The notes beneath the pieces were generated by a model. The model was not told the origin of the DNA. It worked only from the letters and a program-made list of their open reading frames with translations, and did not search any database. Below are positions 29,400-42,780 of a stretch of 64,000 bases of DNA, one piece after another (within the stretch, counting starts at the first letter, position 1; every line of letters begins with the position of its first letter). Source of the DNA: the human T2T-CHM13v2.0 reference genome, Homo sapiens; NCBI RefSeq assembly GCF_009914755.1, contig NC_060928.1. One strand, 5' to 3'. Both the position numbers and the translations under genes were made by a program.

Positions 29400-30540
29400 C
29401 TTCTACAATACCGTTTGGCCCCAATACAAACTCGACAGTGGTTCCAAATAGCCAGAAAACGGCACTTTTGATTTTTCCATCCTACAAGATCTAGATAATT
29501 CTTATCATAAAATGGGCAAACGGTCCGAGATGCCTGACGTCCAGGCATTCTTTTACACATTGTTCCCTCCCTAGTCTGTTACCAATGTGACTTATCCCAG
29601 ATCCTCCTTCTTTCCTTCCCACCTGTCCCCTCAGTCCCAACCCCAAGCATTGCTGAGTCTTTCTAATCTTCCTTTTCTACAGACCCATCTGACCTCTCTG
29701 CTCCTCACCAGGCCGAGCCAGGTCCCAATTCTTCCTCAGCTTCTGCTCCCCCACCCTATAATCCTTTTATCACCTCCACTCCTTCCACCCAGTCCAGCTT
29801 ACAGTTTCGTTCTGTGACTAGCCTTCCCCCACCAGCCCAGCAATTTCCTCTTAAAAAGGTGGCTGGAGCTAAAGGCATAGTCAAGGTTAATGCTCCTTTT
29901 TCTTTATCTGACATCTCCCAAAATCAGTTAGTGTTTAGGCTCTTTTTCATCAAATATGAAAAACCCAGCCCAGTTCATGGCTCATTTGGCAGCAACCCTG
30001 AGACGCTTTAAAGCCCTAGACCCTGAAAGGTCAGAAGGCCGTCTTATTCTCAATATGCATTTTATTTTATTACCCAATCTGTTCCTGACATGAAATAAAG
30101 CTCCAAAAATTAAATTCTGGCCCTCAAACCCCACAACAGGACTTAATTAACCTCACCTTTAAGGTGTACAATAATAGAGTAGAGGCAGCCAAGTAGCAAT
30201 GTATTTCTGAGTTGCAATTCCTTGCCTCCACTGTGAGACAAGCCCCAGCCACATCACCAGCATACAAGAACTCCAAACGCCTGAACCACAGCTGCCAGGG
30301 GTTCCTCTAGAATCTCCTCCCCCAGGAGCTTGCTACAAGTGCCAGAAATCTGGCCACTGGACCAAGGAATGCCCACAGCCCAGGATTCCTCCTAAGCCAT
30401 GTCTCATCTGTGCGGGACCCCACTGAAAATCAGACTGTTCAACTTACCTGGCAGCCACTCCCAGAGCCCCTGGAACTCTGACCCAAGGCTCTCTGACTGA
30501 CTCCTTCCCAGATCCTCTCGGCTTAGCAGCTGAAGACTGA
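29400..30540 (+). pseudogene. gag: HERV-H gag remnant
   Basis: QFPLKKVAGAKGIVKVNAPFSLSD; zinc knuckle CYKCQKSGHWTKEC at 30331-30372; second knuckle CLICAGPH*KSDC; end FPDPLGLAAED*. Confidence 0.88.
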
Positions 30541-32940
30541 CACTGCCCGATTGCCTCAGAAGCCTACAGGACCATCACAGATGCTCTAGATAACTCTCAC
30601 AGTGGAGGGTAAGTCCATCCCCTTCTTAATCAATACAGAGGCTACTCACTCCACATTACCTTATTTTCAAGGGCCTGTTTCCCTTGCCTCCATAACTGTC
30701 GTGGGTATTGACAGCCAGGCTTCTAAATCTCTTAAAACTCCCCAACTCTGGTGCCAATTTAGACAATACCCTTTTAAGCACTCCTTTTTAGTTATCCCCA
30801 CCTGCCCAGTTCCCTTATCAGGCCAAGACACTTTAACTAAATTATCTGCTTCCCTGACTATTCCTGGGCTACAGCCACACCTCATTGCCACCTTTTCTCC
30901 CAGTTCAAAGCCTCCTTCACATCCTCCCCTTGTATCTCCCCACCTTAACCCACAAGTATAAGATACCTCTACTCTCTCCTTGGTGACCGATCATGTACCC
31001 CTACCATCTCATTACAACCTAATCACCCTTACCCTGCTCAACGCCAATATCCCATCCCACAGCACGCTTTAAAAGGATTAAAGCCTGTTATCACTTGCCT
31101 GTTACAGCATGGCCTTTTAAAGCCTATAAACTCTCCTTACAGTTCCCCCATTTTACCTGTCCAAAAACCTGACAAGCCTTACAGGTTAGTTCAGGATCTG
31201 CACCTTATCAACCAAATTGTTTTGCCTATCCACCCCATGGTGCCAAACCCGTATACTCTCCTATCCTCAATACCTCCCTCCACAACCCATTATTCTGTTC
31301 TGGATCTCAAACATGTTTTCTCTACTATTCCTTTGCACCCTTCGTCCCAGCCTCTCTTTGCTTTCACTTGGACTGACCCTGACACCCATCAGGCTCAGCA
31401 AATTACCTGGGCTGTACTGCCGCAAGGCTTCACGGACAGCCTCCATTACTTCAGTCAAGCCCAAATTTCTTCCTCATCTGTTACCTATCTCGGCATAATT
31501 ATCATAAAAACACACGTGCTTTCCCCACCGATTGTGTCCAACTGATCTCTCAAACCCCACACCTTCTACAAAACAACAACTCCTTTCCTTCCTAGGCATG
31601 GTTGGATACTTTCGACTTTGGATACCTGGTTTTGCCATAACAAAACCATTATATAAACTCATAAAAGGAAACCTAGCTGACCCCGTAGATCCTAAATCCT
31701 TTCCCCACTCCTCTTTCCATTCCTTGAAGAGAGCTTTAGAGACTGCCCCCACCCTAGCTTTCCCTGACTCATCCCAACCCTTTTCATTACCCACAGCCAA
31801 AGTGCAGGGTTGTGCAGTCGGAATTCTTACACAAGAACCGGGACTACGCCCTGTAACCTTTTTATCCAAACAACTTGACCTTACTGTTTTGCCTAGCCCT
31901 CAAGTCTGTGTGCAGTGGCCACCACTGCCCTAATACTTTTAGAGGCCCTTAAAATTACAAACTATGCTCAACTCACTCTCTACAGTTCTCATAACTTCCA
32001 AACTCTATTTTCTTCCTCACACCTGACACATATACTTTCTGCTCCCCGGCTCCTTCAGCTGTACTCACTCTTTGTTGAGTCTCCCACAATTACCATTGTT
32101 CCTGGCCTGGACTTCAATCCGGCCTCCCACATTATTCCTGATACCACACCTGAGCCCCATGACTATATCTCTCTGATCCACCTGACATTCACCCCATTTC
32201 CCCATACTTCCTTCTTTCCTGTTCCTCACCCAGATCACACTTGGTTTATTGATGGCAGTTCCACCAGGCCTAATCGCAACACACCAGCAAAGGCAGGCCA
32301 TGCTATAGTTCAAGCCACTAGCCTGCCTCTTAGAACCTCTGATTTCCTTTCCATCGTGGAAATCTATTCTCAAAGAAATAACTTCTCAGTCTTCCATCTG
32401 CTATTCTACTACTCCTCAGAGATTATTCAGGCCCCCTCCCTTCCCTACACATGAAGCTCAGGGATTTGCCCCTGCCCAGGACCGGCAAATTAGCTTTACT
32501 CAACATGCCCTGAGTCAGGAAACTAAAATACCTCTTGGTCTTGGTAGACACTTTCACTGGATAGGTAGAGGCCTTTCCCACAGGATCTGAGAAATGACCC
32601 ACCACGGTCATTTCTTTCCTTCTGTCAGACAGAATTCCTCGGTTTGGCCTTCCCACCTCTATACAGTCCTGTAAGGGACCGGCCTTTATTAGTCAAATCA
32701 CCCAAGCAGTTTCTCAGGCTCTTAGTATTCAGTGAACTAATGGTCTTTTAAAACCACACCTTACCAAGCTCAGCCACCAACTTAAAAAGGACTGGACAAT
32801 ACTTTTACCACTTGCCCTTCTCAGAATTCGGGCCTGTCCTTGGAATGCTACAAGGTACAGCCCATTTGAGCTCCTGTATAGACGCTCCTTTTTATTAGGC
32901 CCCAGTCTCATTCCAGACACTAGACCAACTTGGACTGCAC
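30541..32940 (+). pseudogene. pol: HERV-H pro-pol remnant with internal deletions
   Basis: Protease FLINTEATHS; RT YSVLDLKHVF and WAVLPQGFTDS with the YXDD region deleted; LLSFLGMVGYFRLWIPGF; RNase H WFIDGSS; partial integrase. Confidence 0.9.
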
Positions 32941-33537
32941 CCCCCACCAAAAAAAAAAAAAAACTTGTCGTCCCTACTATCTTCTGTCTAGTCATACTCC
33001 TATTCACCATTCTCAACTACTCATAAATGCCCTGCTCTTATTTACACTGCCGATTTACACTGTTTCTCCAAGCCACCACAGCTGATGTCTCCTGGTGCTA
33101 TCCCCAAACCGCCACTCTTAACTCCCTCTTAAAGTAAATAAATCATCTTTGCCGGCAGGGCTATGCTGAACTTCCTTAGGCACTCTCTAGTTAGATGTCC
33201 TAGGTCCTCCCAATTCTTACTCCTTTAATACCTGTTTTTCTCCTTGTCTTATTCCATTATTTTTTCAATTCCCACAAAATTGTATCCAGGCCATCACCAA
33301 TAATTCTATAAGACAAATGTTTCTTCTAACAACCCCACAATATCCCCCCTTACCACAAAATCTTCCTTCAGCTTAATCTCTCCCACTCTAGGTTCCCACG
33401 CCACCCCTAATCCTGCTCGAAGCATCCCTGAGAAACATCGCCCATTATCTCTCCATACCACCCCCAAAAATTTTCGCCACCCCAACACTTCAACACTATT
33501 ATGTTTTATTTTTCTTACTAATATAAGAAGACAGGAA

Positions 33538-33996
33538 TGTCAGGCCTCTGAGCCCAAGCTAAGCCATCATATCCCCTGTGACCTGCACGTATACACCTAG
33601 ATGGCCTGAAGTAACTGAAGAATCACAAAAGAAGTGATATTTAAATGGCCTGTTCCTGCCTTAACTGATGACATTCCACCACAAAAGAAGTGAAAATGGC
33701 CGGTCCTTGCCTTAACTGATGACATTACCTTGTGAAATTCCTTCTCCTGGCTCATCCTGGCTCAAAAATCTCCCCCACTGAGCACCCTGTGACCCCCCCA
33801 CTCCTGCCCGCCAGAGAACAACTGCCTTTGACTGTAATTTTCCTTTACCTACCCAAATCTTATAAAATGACCCCACCCCTATCTCTCTTCACTGACTCTC
33901 TTTTCAGACTCAGCCCACCTGCACCCAGGTGATTAAAAAGCTTTATTGCTCACACAAAGCCTGTTTGGTGGTCTCTTCACACGGATGCGAGTGAAA
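33538..33996 (+). repeat. LTR7 3' LTR
   Basis: Direct repeat of 28245-28702, roughly 20 substitutions plus a few indels by eye. Confidence 0.96.
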
Positions 33997-34171
33997 TGAA
34001 CACCTTTTGACAGTTCTTCAGGAATCTTTGTAAATACTCCCTCCCACCCTGACACAAAATGAAGAAAAGAACATTTGGAATTAAAGATGATAAAATTTGT
34101 AGCCAAGGACTTTAACATTCAATTTCCATAACCCCTGCTGGAGTTCAATTTATTAGAGACAGTTTTGAGGC

Positions 34172-34864
34172 TGTAGGAGTGGAAAAGGTGATATCTTTCC
34201 TCATCCATCATAAGGGTTACAGCTGTCATTCTTGCAACAAAAGACAGGTTAAGAGAAAAGCATAACAAATTTATTTAATCAAAGTGTTATGTGACACAGG
34301 AGACTTCAGAAATGAAGATCGAAAGACCCAGGGAAAACTGTCAATTGTTATGCTTAGATTTGATAAAGAATGGCCAGCGATGTAGAAATATGATTAGACA
34401 AAAAGGGAATGATCTAACAGTAACACAATGAGGCAGGAAAACCAACAAGGCTGTCCATTCAGATTCTTCTTGGCCTTTCTGTGTAGGATTCCTTCAACCC
34501 AGGTATAGGACAAGACCTCTATAGAATGAGGATCTTATGACCTACAATCAGACAAAGCAAGTCAGAGAATTTCTATATTGCAAATTCCTTCCTAAACAGG
34601 AAACCAGTGGAAGGTTAGAATGATATTTCTAGGTTTTGTAGCTGTCTTTGGAGGAAAGAAGTTCTGGTTTCTATGGCTTACCGTGGGGAAGAAGAATTCT
34701 AGCTTCTATGACTTGCTTGGGGGAGAAAGTGAAGTGAGAGACAGGAGGGCAGGAGAAAATCAGAGAGACCTTGCTTCAGAGGCCTTCTAATCTCCTTGAG
34801 TTTAAGGCACCAATCAGCATACTAAAGCACCTTACTTTGGGGTATTGTTTTTTGAACCCCAACA
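34172..34864 (-). mobile_element. MER39/MER34-group ERV1 solo LTR, antisense
   Basis: tgtaggagtggaaaagg...aaaagcataacaaatttatttaatc...tactttggggtattgttttttgaaccccaaca; flanks aggc / tggc. Confidence 0.75.
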
Positions 34865-37084
34865 TGGCCACAGATTTTTAACTGAAAGTTGTGAAAGTGG
34901 AGGAAAAAAAAAAAAAAAACCATTGCCACTATTATTCCCATCCTCTAAAATTCTGTTTCTACACCATGTAGCCATGCAATCCCTCTTGCTTACCTCTTAA
35001 TTAGTCTCCACTAAAAATATTTGGTATTGTTCTCATCCATTATTTGAGTGTTGACCCTAGCTGTGACACATAATGAACTGTTCCAGAAATGTTTCCCCAG
35101 TAGTGAGTTAAGTGCTTACAGAGATTTACTTGTTCTCTAGGCTGAGCAACCACTTAGTCCATTACAATGAAAAGAGATTTAAAGGCAAGTACGTACTGCT
35201 AGAAACAGGTGCCTAAGAATGTAGTTGTCTTACAATTTTAAGAAGGCAAGAAATTCAAATTAACCCCATGAAATCATCTAATGGAAACTGCCAATCTGAC
35301 AAGCAAAACAATGCATACTTTCTATTTAACTCTGGACTGCTTGATTTCTCTAAGTTCTCAGCACTTTGAGTTATTTTTCTTAACTGTTTTAAAGTCAAGT
35401 AGGAGTAAATCATGGGATTTTAGTAATTCTAAAGGAAAAGCCACTGGAAAGAATAACCGTAATACAAGACCAGGGAAAACAGTGCAGTTTATTAGAAATC
35501 AAACTTTTCAAGAAATTTATAATTGATTTTATAATACAATGAAGTACAACATTTCAAAAAGAGGATACATTTTAAGTGATTTCATGTTGGCCTTGTTTAT
35601 CCATGAAAACTCTTACAAGTTTCATAAATTTTAAAATAAGCATTTTAATTCCTGAATTCTACACTCCTGCCTAGCTCATTTGTAGGGGAACAGGACATGC
35701 AGACATTGTTTTATATTTCTTAAATTCTTCCCTGCACCTAATAGAGCAGTAGGTGATTATGAATTGTGAGGTGAGATTTTTTTAATGTTGCCAAAAACTT
35801 AGTGTTACTGGATTTCATTTCAAACAATAGTCAGTCCACCAACATAAATCTTGCTTGTAGAATGAAATGCTGTGTTAAGTCAGTGCCCCAAATACCACAC
35901 TCCTCTTTTCCTTTTCATCTTGCTCTTTTTCTAGTTACGTGCCATGATTTGAAGGATGGTGGGGGGATGCAGAGGGAGGAAGAAAGGGACATAGAAACAG
36001 AGACAAAGACAGAGAGCTCCTGCCGTTGTGAAAAATATGCCTTGTTCCAACAATGAGAAATTGTTGATTGACTTGCCTCTTCCCATAAGCACTGTTTTGA
36101 CAAAAATGAGCAGAAGCATCTATGAATTATGAAGGACTAGCTCAGTAAAGTTTGGAACTAAATTGAAGCATATCATAATCATATTCCTCACCATTAAAAC
36201 TGTTCATCCTGCCAGAATGTGTTGTTGCATGAGGCCCAAGAGAATCAGGCACAGAATTCTAGCACTCTAGGTTATGGCTAATGAAAAATGAAAGTAAGAA
36301 AATTAAGATAAATCACTGCCACCTAACAGAGATTTGAGTATATTCCATTCTGGCTCACCTAATTTTTTTCCCTCTTTTCTCATTTATTTTTTGTGTTAGG
36401 CATACAACATTTAGCTTTCCAAAGAGCTGATTGTAGGATTTAGACAGAGAGAGAAAGAATTGCAGCTGTCACAGCAGGGGTTAAATGTGCAAATGCCTGC
36501 AGCAATTCACTTCTTTGACTAAGCTGTCAAAACATTTAAATTGTGTCCCTGTAGTTCCTCTCTTCCTCTTCTACCGTCTCCCCAGCAGGGGCTGCCAGCA
36601 CTGAATCTTTGTCAAAAGAGAAGATGTCGTCACATTGGTAAACCGTACCCCTCTAAAAGGATTTCCAACTTTCTTTGTGTTGATTGTCATGTTTATTTCT
36701 TTATGTCTTTTCTGCAGAATCCTCACCGATTCTTCTCAGCTTGAATTAGTTGAAATGCCCATATTTTAGGTCAGTTAACAACTTAACAAAAGACACTGCA
36801 TTTGATTATGAGTGTGCTTAAAAAAAAATCCAAAAACTGGAAACTTTCACTTAGGAAAATAATGAAAGCAAGCAGAATGCAGAATCACTTTATAATTACT
36901 TCTACTGATAAGTAAGAATATAGAACAAACTAGAGAGACTTCATGAAACGTGCAAATTCTGAAATATGTTCAAAGAAACAAAGGGCAGAAAGACCGCTAA
37001 GCCGCAAACATCACGCTATAATTAATAAATAATAAATATTATTAAAATGGAATATATAATATTTATACAAAAATTATTAAAACA

Positions 37085-38985
37085 TTGGACAATATTTATC
37101 GAACACCTGCTAAGAACCAGATTCTATACCTCCAATTATTGCATTTAGTCCTCACACATCAAGCATTCATTGCCTGACTACCCTGCTAAGTCTTGGAATA
37201 TCAAAACTAAAGTCTCTACCCTCTAACAGCTCACAGTCTAGCAGGGAAAAAAGATGAGTAAACAATCATGAAATGAGATTAGATGGATGTATGCACACTT
37301 ACAACAGCATCTGAGAAAGGACAACCTTTCTATGATTGAGGGCTTTATAAAAGAAGAGGGGGAGGGGAAGATCCAAAGATTAAAGAATAAGAGGTAGCCA
37401 GAAGACAAATGTTGGAATAGGAGCAAGAGAAGGAAGGACAGTTTTCCAGGCCAAGAGAGCAGGCTTCCAAAGGCAGAGATTTATGGGAGAGCAATGCACT
37501 TCAGGGGAGCCACAGCAGTTGTATTATTAAAGCTCAAGCTGGAAGATGAGGGGAGGAAGCAAGTAATGGAGGCTTGGTATTCCATGATAAGGAGTGTGGG
37601 CTTTATCCTTGAAGCCGAGAGAATTTAACAGGATGTTTAAACGGAGTGGCTAAAGGATTATATTTTTAACCTAGAAATAACAAGAATAAATATCCTTTAT
37701 TGAGTGCTAATGGGCGCCATTCACTTTATATAATTCATTCTTATTTAACTCCCATTATCACATTACAAGCAAGTGTTATTATCCTCATTTTGCAGATAAC
37801 TGATGCTCAAAACTTTAAATAACTTGTCCAAGTTCATCTAGCAGCTAAGAACGGAGGCAAGCTTTCGTAATGTTCTCACTTTCTCATCCTGTCTCTCCTA
37901 GTAGTTGTGGTTGTGTGGTTAACAGCAGGTGTTATGGAGGCCAACTGACTAGGCTTGAATTCCTTGATACTTTACTTGCTTTGTGACTCTGTGCAAGTTG
38001 TAATCATTTTATCATCTGGAAAATGGGGATAATAAAATCCACCCAAAGATAAATGAGGTAGTACACATTAAGCAGTTAGCACAACACCCAGCACATAATT
38101 TAATGCTACCCATTATGATGCTAGACCAGGCATTATGCTTGAGCACATTTTTGACATCTATCTAATCTTTATGTGAACCAGACAAAATGTGGGTATTATT
38201 ATGTTTATTTTACAGATTTAAAAAAAAACTGAAACTTAAAGAAATTAAGTTACTTGCAGAAAGACATATAACTAAGTGACAGAGCTGCTTCTGCTCCAAA
38301 GCCCACACTGTTTCTTATAACACAGAATATACTGCACCGGTCTCTTGTGTACTACAGAGAATAAATTTAAAGGCAGTAAGACAGAAAGCAGGGGGAGTGT
38401 ATTTAAGAGGCTTCTGTAAAAGTCTAAGAGAGAGCAGTCAGGAGTCTGAATTAAATAAGTGGTTATGTGTAGTAAGATATGTCAGATAAGAGATATTTAC
38501 AAGGTCGGATGAATAGGACTAGGTGGCAGATTAGATGCTGGGAAGCAAGGAAGAGAGCTCAAGAGGACTTTCTGGTTTTTGGTTTGGGTCACCATAATTT
38601 CCCTGTTACCCCCACCTCCCTTTTACTTTTTTCTTCTTCCCCCACTTAACCTTTAGCCTTCCATTAGATCCCAGCATGAAGATCATCTTACTGGAGATGC
38701 CTTCCCCAACCACACTAAATTGATCAGTTCCCTCCTCTTACACTTTCTTATATGTATATTCTTGGGAGCACAATTGTAGTGTAATTTTTACATGTTTAAA
38801 ATTTTTTAAATATAATATTTGACTTTTTGATTAATGTCAGACTCCCTCAGTTGACTCTAAGCCCTAGGAACATATCCTTTTTCAGTTTTCCTCCTCACCA
38901 CTGTATCTCCTATGTCTAGCAAAGTGCATTATCCTTAATAGGTGTTTAATAAATAATATTTGGATAAGTAAATTAATGAATGATC
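37085..38985. mobile_element. Cluster of L2 and MIR relics
   Basis: aatatttatcgaacacctgc; MIR cores (cctcattttgcagataactgatgctca, catctggaaaatggggataataa, attttacagat...aactgaaactta); L2 3' end taataggtgtttaataaat...aatgaatga. Confidence 0.65.
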
Positions 38986-39128
38986 AGATGAATTGTGAAA
39001 GAATGAATATGCAAATAGTTAAACAAGGAAGGAAATAAACCAAAAGGAATCAGGAGTCTTAATGAGTTTCAAAAGAAGTTCCAAGAGCTTCATCAGAGAA
39101 AGAATGAGAAAGCTGGAAAGACAGTAGA

Positions 39129-39505
39129 TGGTATAGACTGAACTGTGCCATTGCAAAATTCATTTGTTGAACCCCTCAACTCCATTGACTGTATTTGGAG
39201 ATAAGGTCTGTAAAGAGATAATTACAGTTACACAGGCCTCAAGGGAAGGGCCTTAATTCAATAGGACTATTGTCCTTATAAGCTGAGAAAAAGACAACAG
39301 AGTTCACGCATAGAGAAAAGGCCATGTGAGGACATAGTGAAAGGCAGCCATTTGCAAGCCAGGAAAAGAGGCCTAACCAGAAACCAACCCTCCTGGCACC
39401 TTTATTGTGAACTTCCAGCCGCCTGAGAAGTGAAAAATAAAATTCTGCTATTTAAGCCCTCCAGTCTGTGGTATTCTGTCATGGCAGCCCAGGCCAACTA
39501 ATATG
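39129..39505 (+). mobile_element. MLT1A-type MaLR solo LTR
   Basis: tggtatagactgaactgtg...ctgtatttggagataagg...ggccatgtgaggaca...gcagcccaggccaactaatatg; TSD gtaga / gtagg. Confidence 0.85.
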
Positions 39506-39615
39506 GTAGGCCATAAATTTTAGATTTGGGGAGATGATGTAGGAGAGGGGAAAACCCTAAAACTGAATAGACACAGTCACAAATTAACTGTATTTTATTA
39601 AATAATCACATGGAA

Positions 39616-39776
39616 AGTTGGGTGTGGTGGTGCCCACCTGTAGTCCCAGCTACTCGGGAGGCTGAGGCAGGAGGATCACTTGAAGCAAGAAGTTTGGATT
39701 GTACTGGGCCATTATCACACTTGTGAATAGCCACTGCACTCCAGCCAGGGCAACACAGCAAGACTCAATCTCTAAA
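39616..39776 (+). mobile_element. Alu monomer (FRAM/FAM-like) with (CATA)n tail
   Basis: gggtgtggtggtgcccacctgtagtcccagctactcgggaggctgagg...gtgaatagccactgcactccagcc. Confidence 0.85.
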
Positions 39777-40823
39777 ACATACATACATACATACACACAT
39801 GCATAACCACACTGGGGAGTAGAGAAGGATAACTACCATACAGAAGAAAAAGAAAAAGAGAAGCAATGCAAGTAACTTTTGATCACATGATTTTGACAAT
39901 ATACCCACAATCTAGGGAACAAAAGAACTGCAAACAAATCTTGAATTTTTTCTAGTAAGTTTATTTTTCATTGAGATATGGGTATAGCAATTGTGAAACT
40001 ACTTTATGGGTATCATAATATTGAGAAAATGAATAATGTGATTATGTTCTTGGGTGCCAGGTTCTAAATGACTGTGGAAAAAGAAAGATAAAAATATGGC
40101 ATGAGGTTAGGCAAAGAAAACTCTGCAACTATCATAATAAAGATTGATTCAGAAAAGAATTATCTTTGGATGCAAAGTCCAGGGGGAAAAGTTAGATGAG
40201 GAACAGGATATGTACGCAGTCCCAAAGTGTCTCCCCACAGATTGTTTAGTGGTTGAAAGAGGGAAATAGTAACTATATGGTGGAGAAACCAAACAACATC
40301 TTGATGAGGTGATTGAATTAACATCACCAGTGAGGGGCAGACAGACACTATGTGCCTGAAACACAGTACTCTGAGAAGGACAAATCACTGATGTCTTATG
40401 CAGCAAGAAAGGCACGATCTGAGCCTAATCATCAAGAAACATCAGACAAACCCAAAGTGATGAACATTCTGTCACATAGCCGTCTTATATTTGAAAATAT
40501 CAGTGTCATGAAAGATACGGAAAAGCTAAGGAAATCTTCCAGATTTGGGTACTGAAGACATGAGACAGTCGATTGCAATGCAGGATCCTATGCTGGATTC
40601 TGTACTGGAAGGGGAAAATGCCATAACAGACATGATTAGGGCAATTTGCAAATTAGATTATGGAGTATGGAGTGGAAAAAGTATTGTTTCAATGTTAAAT
40701 TTTATAAATTTGACAACTGTATTATGGTAATGTAAGAGGATACCTTTTTTTCTTAGGAAATACACAATAAAGGACTAAGAGGTAAGAGGGAATGATTGCA
40801 AGCTATCTAAAATAGTTCATAAA

Positions 40824-40870
40824 AGAGAGAGAGAGAGTGTGTGTGTGTGTGTGTGTGTGTGTAGAGAGAG
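40824..40870. repeat. (AG)n(GT)n compound microsatellite
   Basis: Directly visible. Confidence 0.92.
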
Positions 40871-40925
40871 AAAGAAGGAGTATAATAAAGCAAAGGTAAC
40901 AAAGTGTCAAAAATTGTTAAATCTG

Positions 40926-41268
<343 letters not shown>

Positions 41269-42294
41269 TCAACCTTTCTATAAGTTTAAAATTATTTCAA
41301 AATACAACTTAAAATAAAATCAAAAGAACAAATAAAAAAGATAAGAGGTGAAGGAGTTCTGAGTGGTGTAAAGTTTTAGGCCTTGATGTTAAGGTAGATT
41401 GCACAATAGTCTGAGAGAGAGAGATTATTGTCCTCATTTTACTGAGGAGAAATTGGGACTCAGAGGCCTCAAGGTCTGATGCTACCTAGAGGACAGCAGA
41501 GGAGAAGAGAGGAGAGGAGGCCCAGATGGGGAGAGAATGAGGCAAGTTTTTCCCTCAGCTCCACTTGCCGTCTTAATTCAATCCCTTGACAGATTAGCTC
41601 ACTGAAGGAAAAGCAGCTCCCTCACACCATTCCCCCACCTCCTCCCATATCTGAAATGATGCTCTGCTCAGATCATTAATCATCTCATTAAGGCTCTAGC
41701 AAGCACAATTCAGTAATATTGGCCACAGACATTATCCTTTTATTCTCTCGACACAGCTGATGAAAAAGAACCTATTGTAAGATGTCCCCGGTTTTTCACA
41801 ACAGTAAGGGAAATGATACCTTTTCATCAATGTATAGTTCCAGCTTCAATAAGCATTGTTCCTGGTTTCCTCAAGCCCCTTGTGCAAAGTTTTATGAGTT
41901 GGATAATATCCCCTTACCCAATTTTCCCATCCAGATATTGGGAGGGTAATATCAGAACTAGATTACTGGATTGAGTTGAAATAATATTTAAGGCTGTCTT
42001 GGGCAACATTTTAAAATTTTCTTATGATATGTATCCTCTAATCACCCACACTCCTTTCTTCTATTAGTTTTTCCCTTTCCCAGTGATTTTTGATGCTAAC
42101 TGTGGTTTCTGAATCTGCCTGTAGATACCTCCAGAGTTCTTTGCACTACACAATGGCACAGAGACCATGTTAGGACAGTCCCAGAAAGGCTCCGAAGTAG
42201 ACAAAGATGATCGGTACTGCCCACCCTTCCCCATTTCTGCACCTCTCTCTTCCATCATCTTCAAACTGCAGTCCTCACCTCAGCCTAGAATCCT

Positions 42295-42780
42295 AGAGTA
42301 AGTGGTAAAAATAACCTCAGATTCTTTCCTTCCCTGTGGCAGTGTAGCTCCTCCCATCAAGAGATACCTTTTGAATCTGGGTTTGGCCACAGGACCGGCC
42401 AAATGTGACATTAGCAAAGATGCAGCAGAGGCTTGAAAAGTGTTTGCGCATTCGGGCTTGTTCTCTTGCTGCACCTGGAAACTTGAAACCAGCACTTTTC
42501 AGTCCAGTGTTAATGTGGAGGCCACTGGAGGAGAACCAAGATACTCTAGCCAACAGCCACCTGACATCTGAGGGAAGCCATACAGGACCAGCCAACCCCT
42601 AGCTGACCCAATAACTTATCCAGAAGCAGCAGATGACTACAGACTCATGAGTAAACCCAGCTAAGCCGGGACAACCACCACACTGATCCCATACCTTAAT
42701 TGTGAGCTAAATAATGACTGCCATTTTAAGCCAGTAAGTCTTGGGATAATTATTTATGCAGTAATAGATAACTAATTATA
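42295..42780 (+). mobile_element. MLT1 (MLT1G/H-like) MaLR LTR
   Basis: gctcctcccatcaagaga...gcagaggcttgaaaagtgtttgc...gtgagctaaataatgactgccattttaagcc...gcagtaatagataacta. Confidence 0.78.

Larger units (their letters stand above)
28245..33996 (+). mobile_element. HERV-H provirus, common ~5.7-kb internally deleted form
   Basis: Two LTR7s, His PBS, gag/pro/pol remnants, PPT aagaagacaggaa before the 3' LTR, 5-bp TSD tgaac at 28240-28244 and 33997-34001. Confidence 0.97.
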
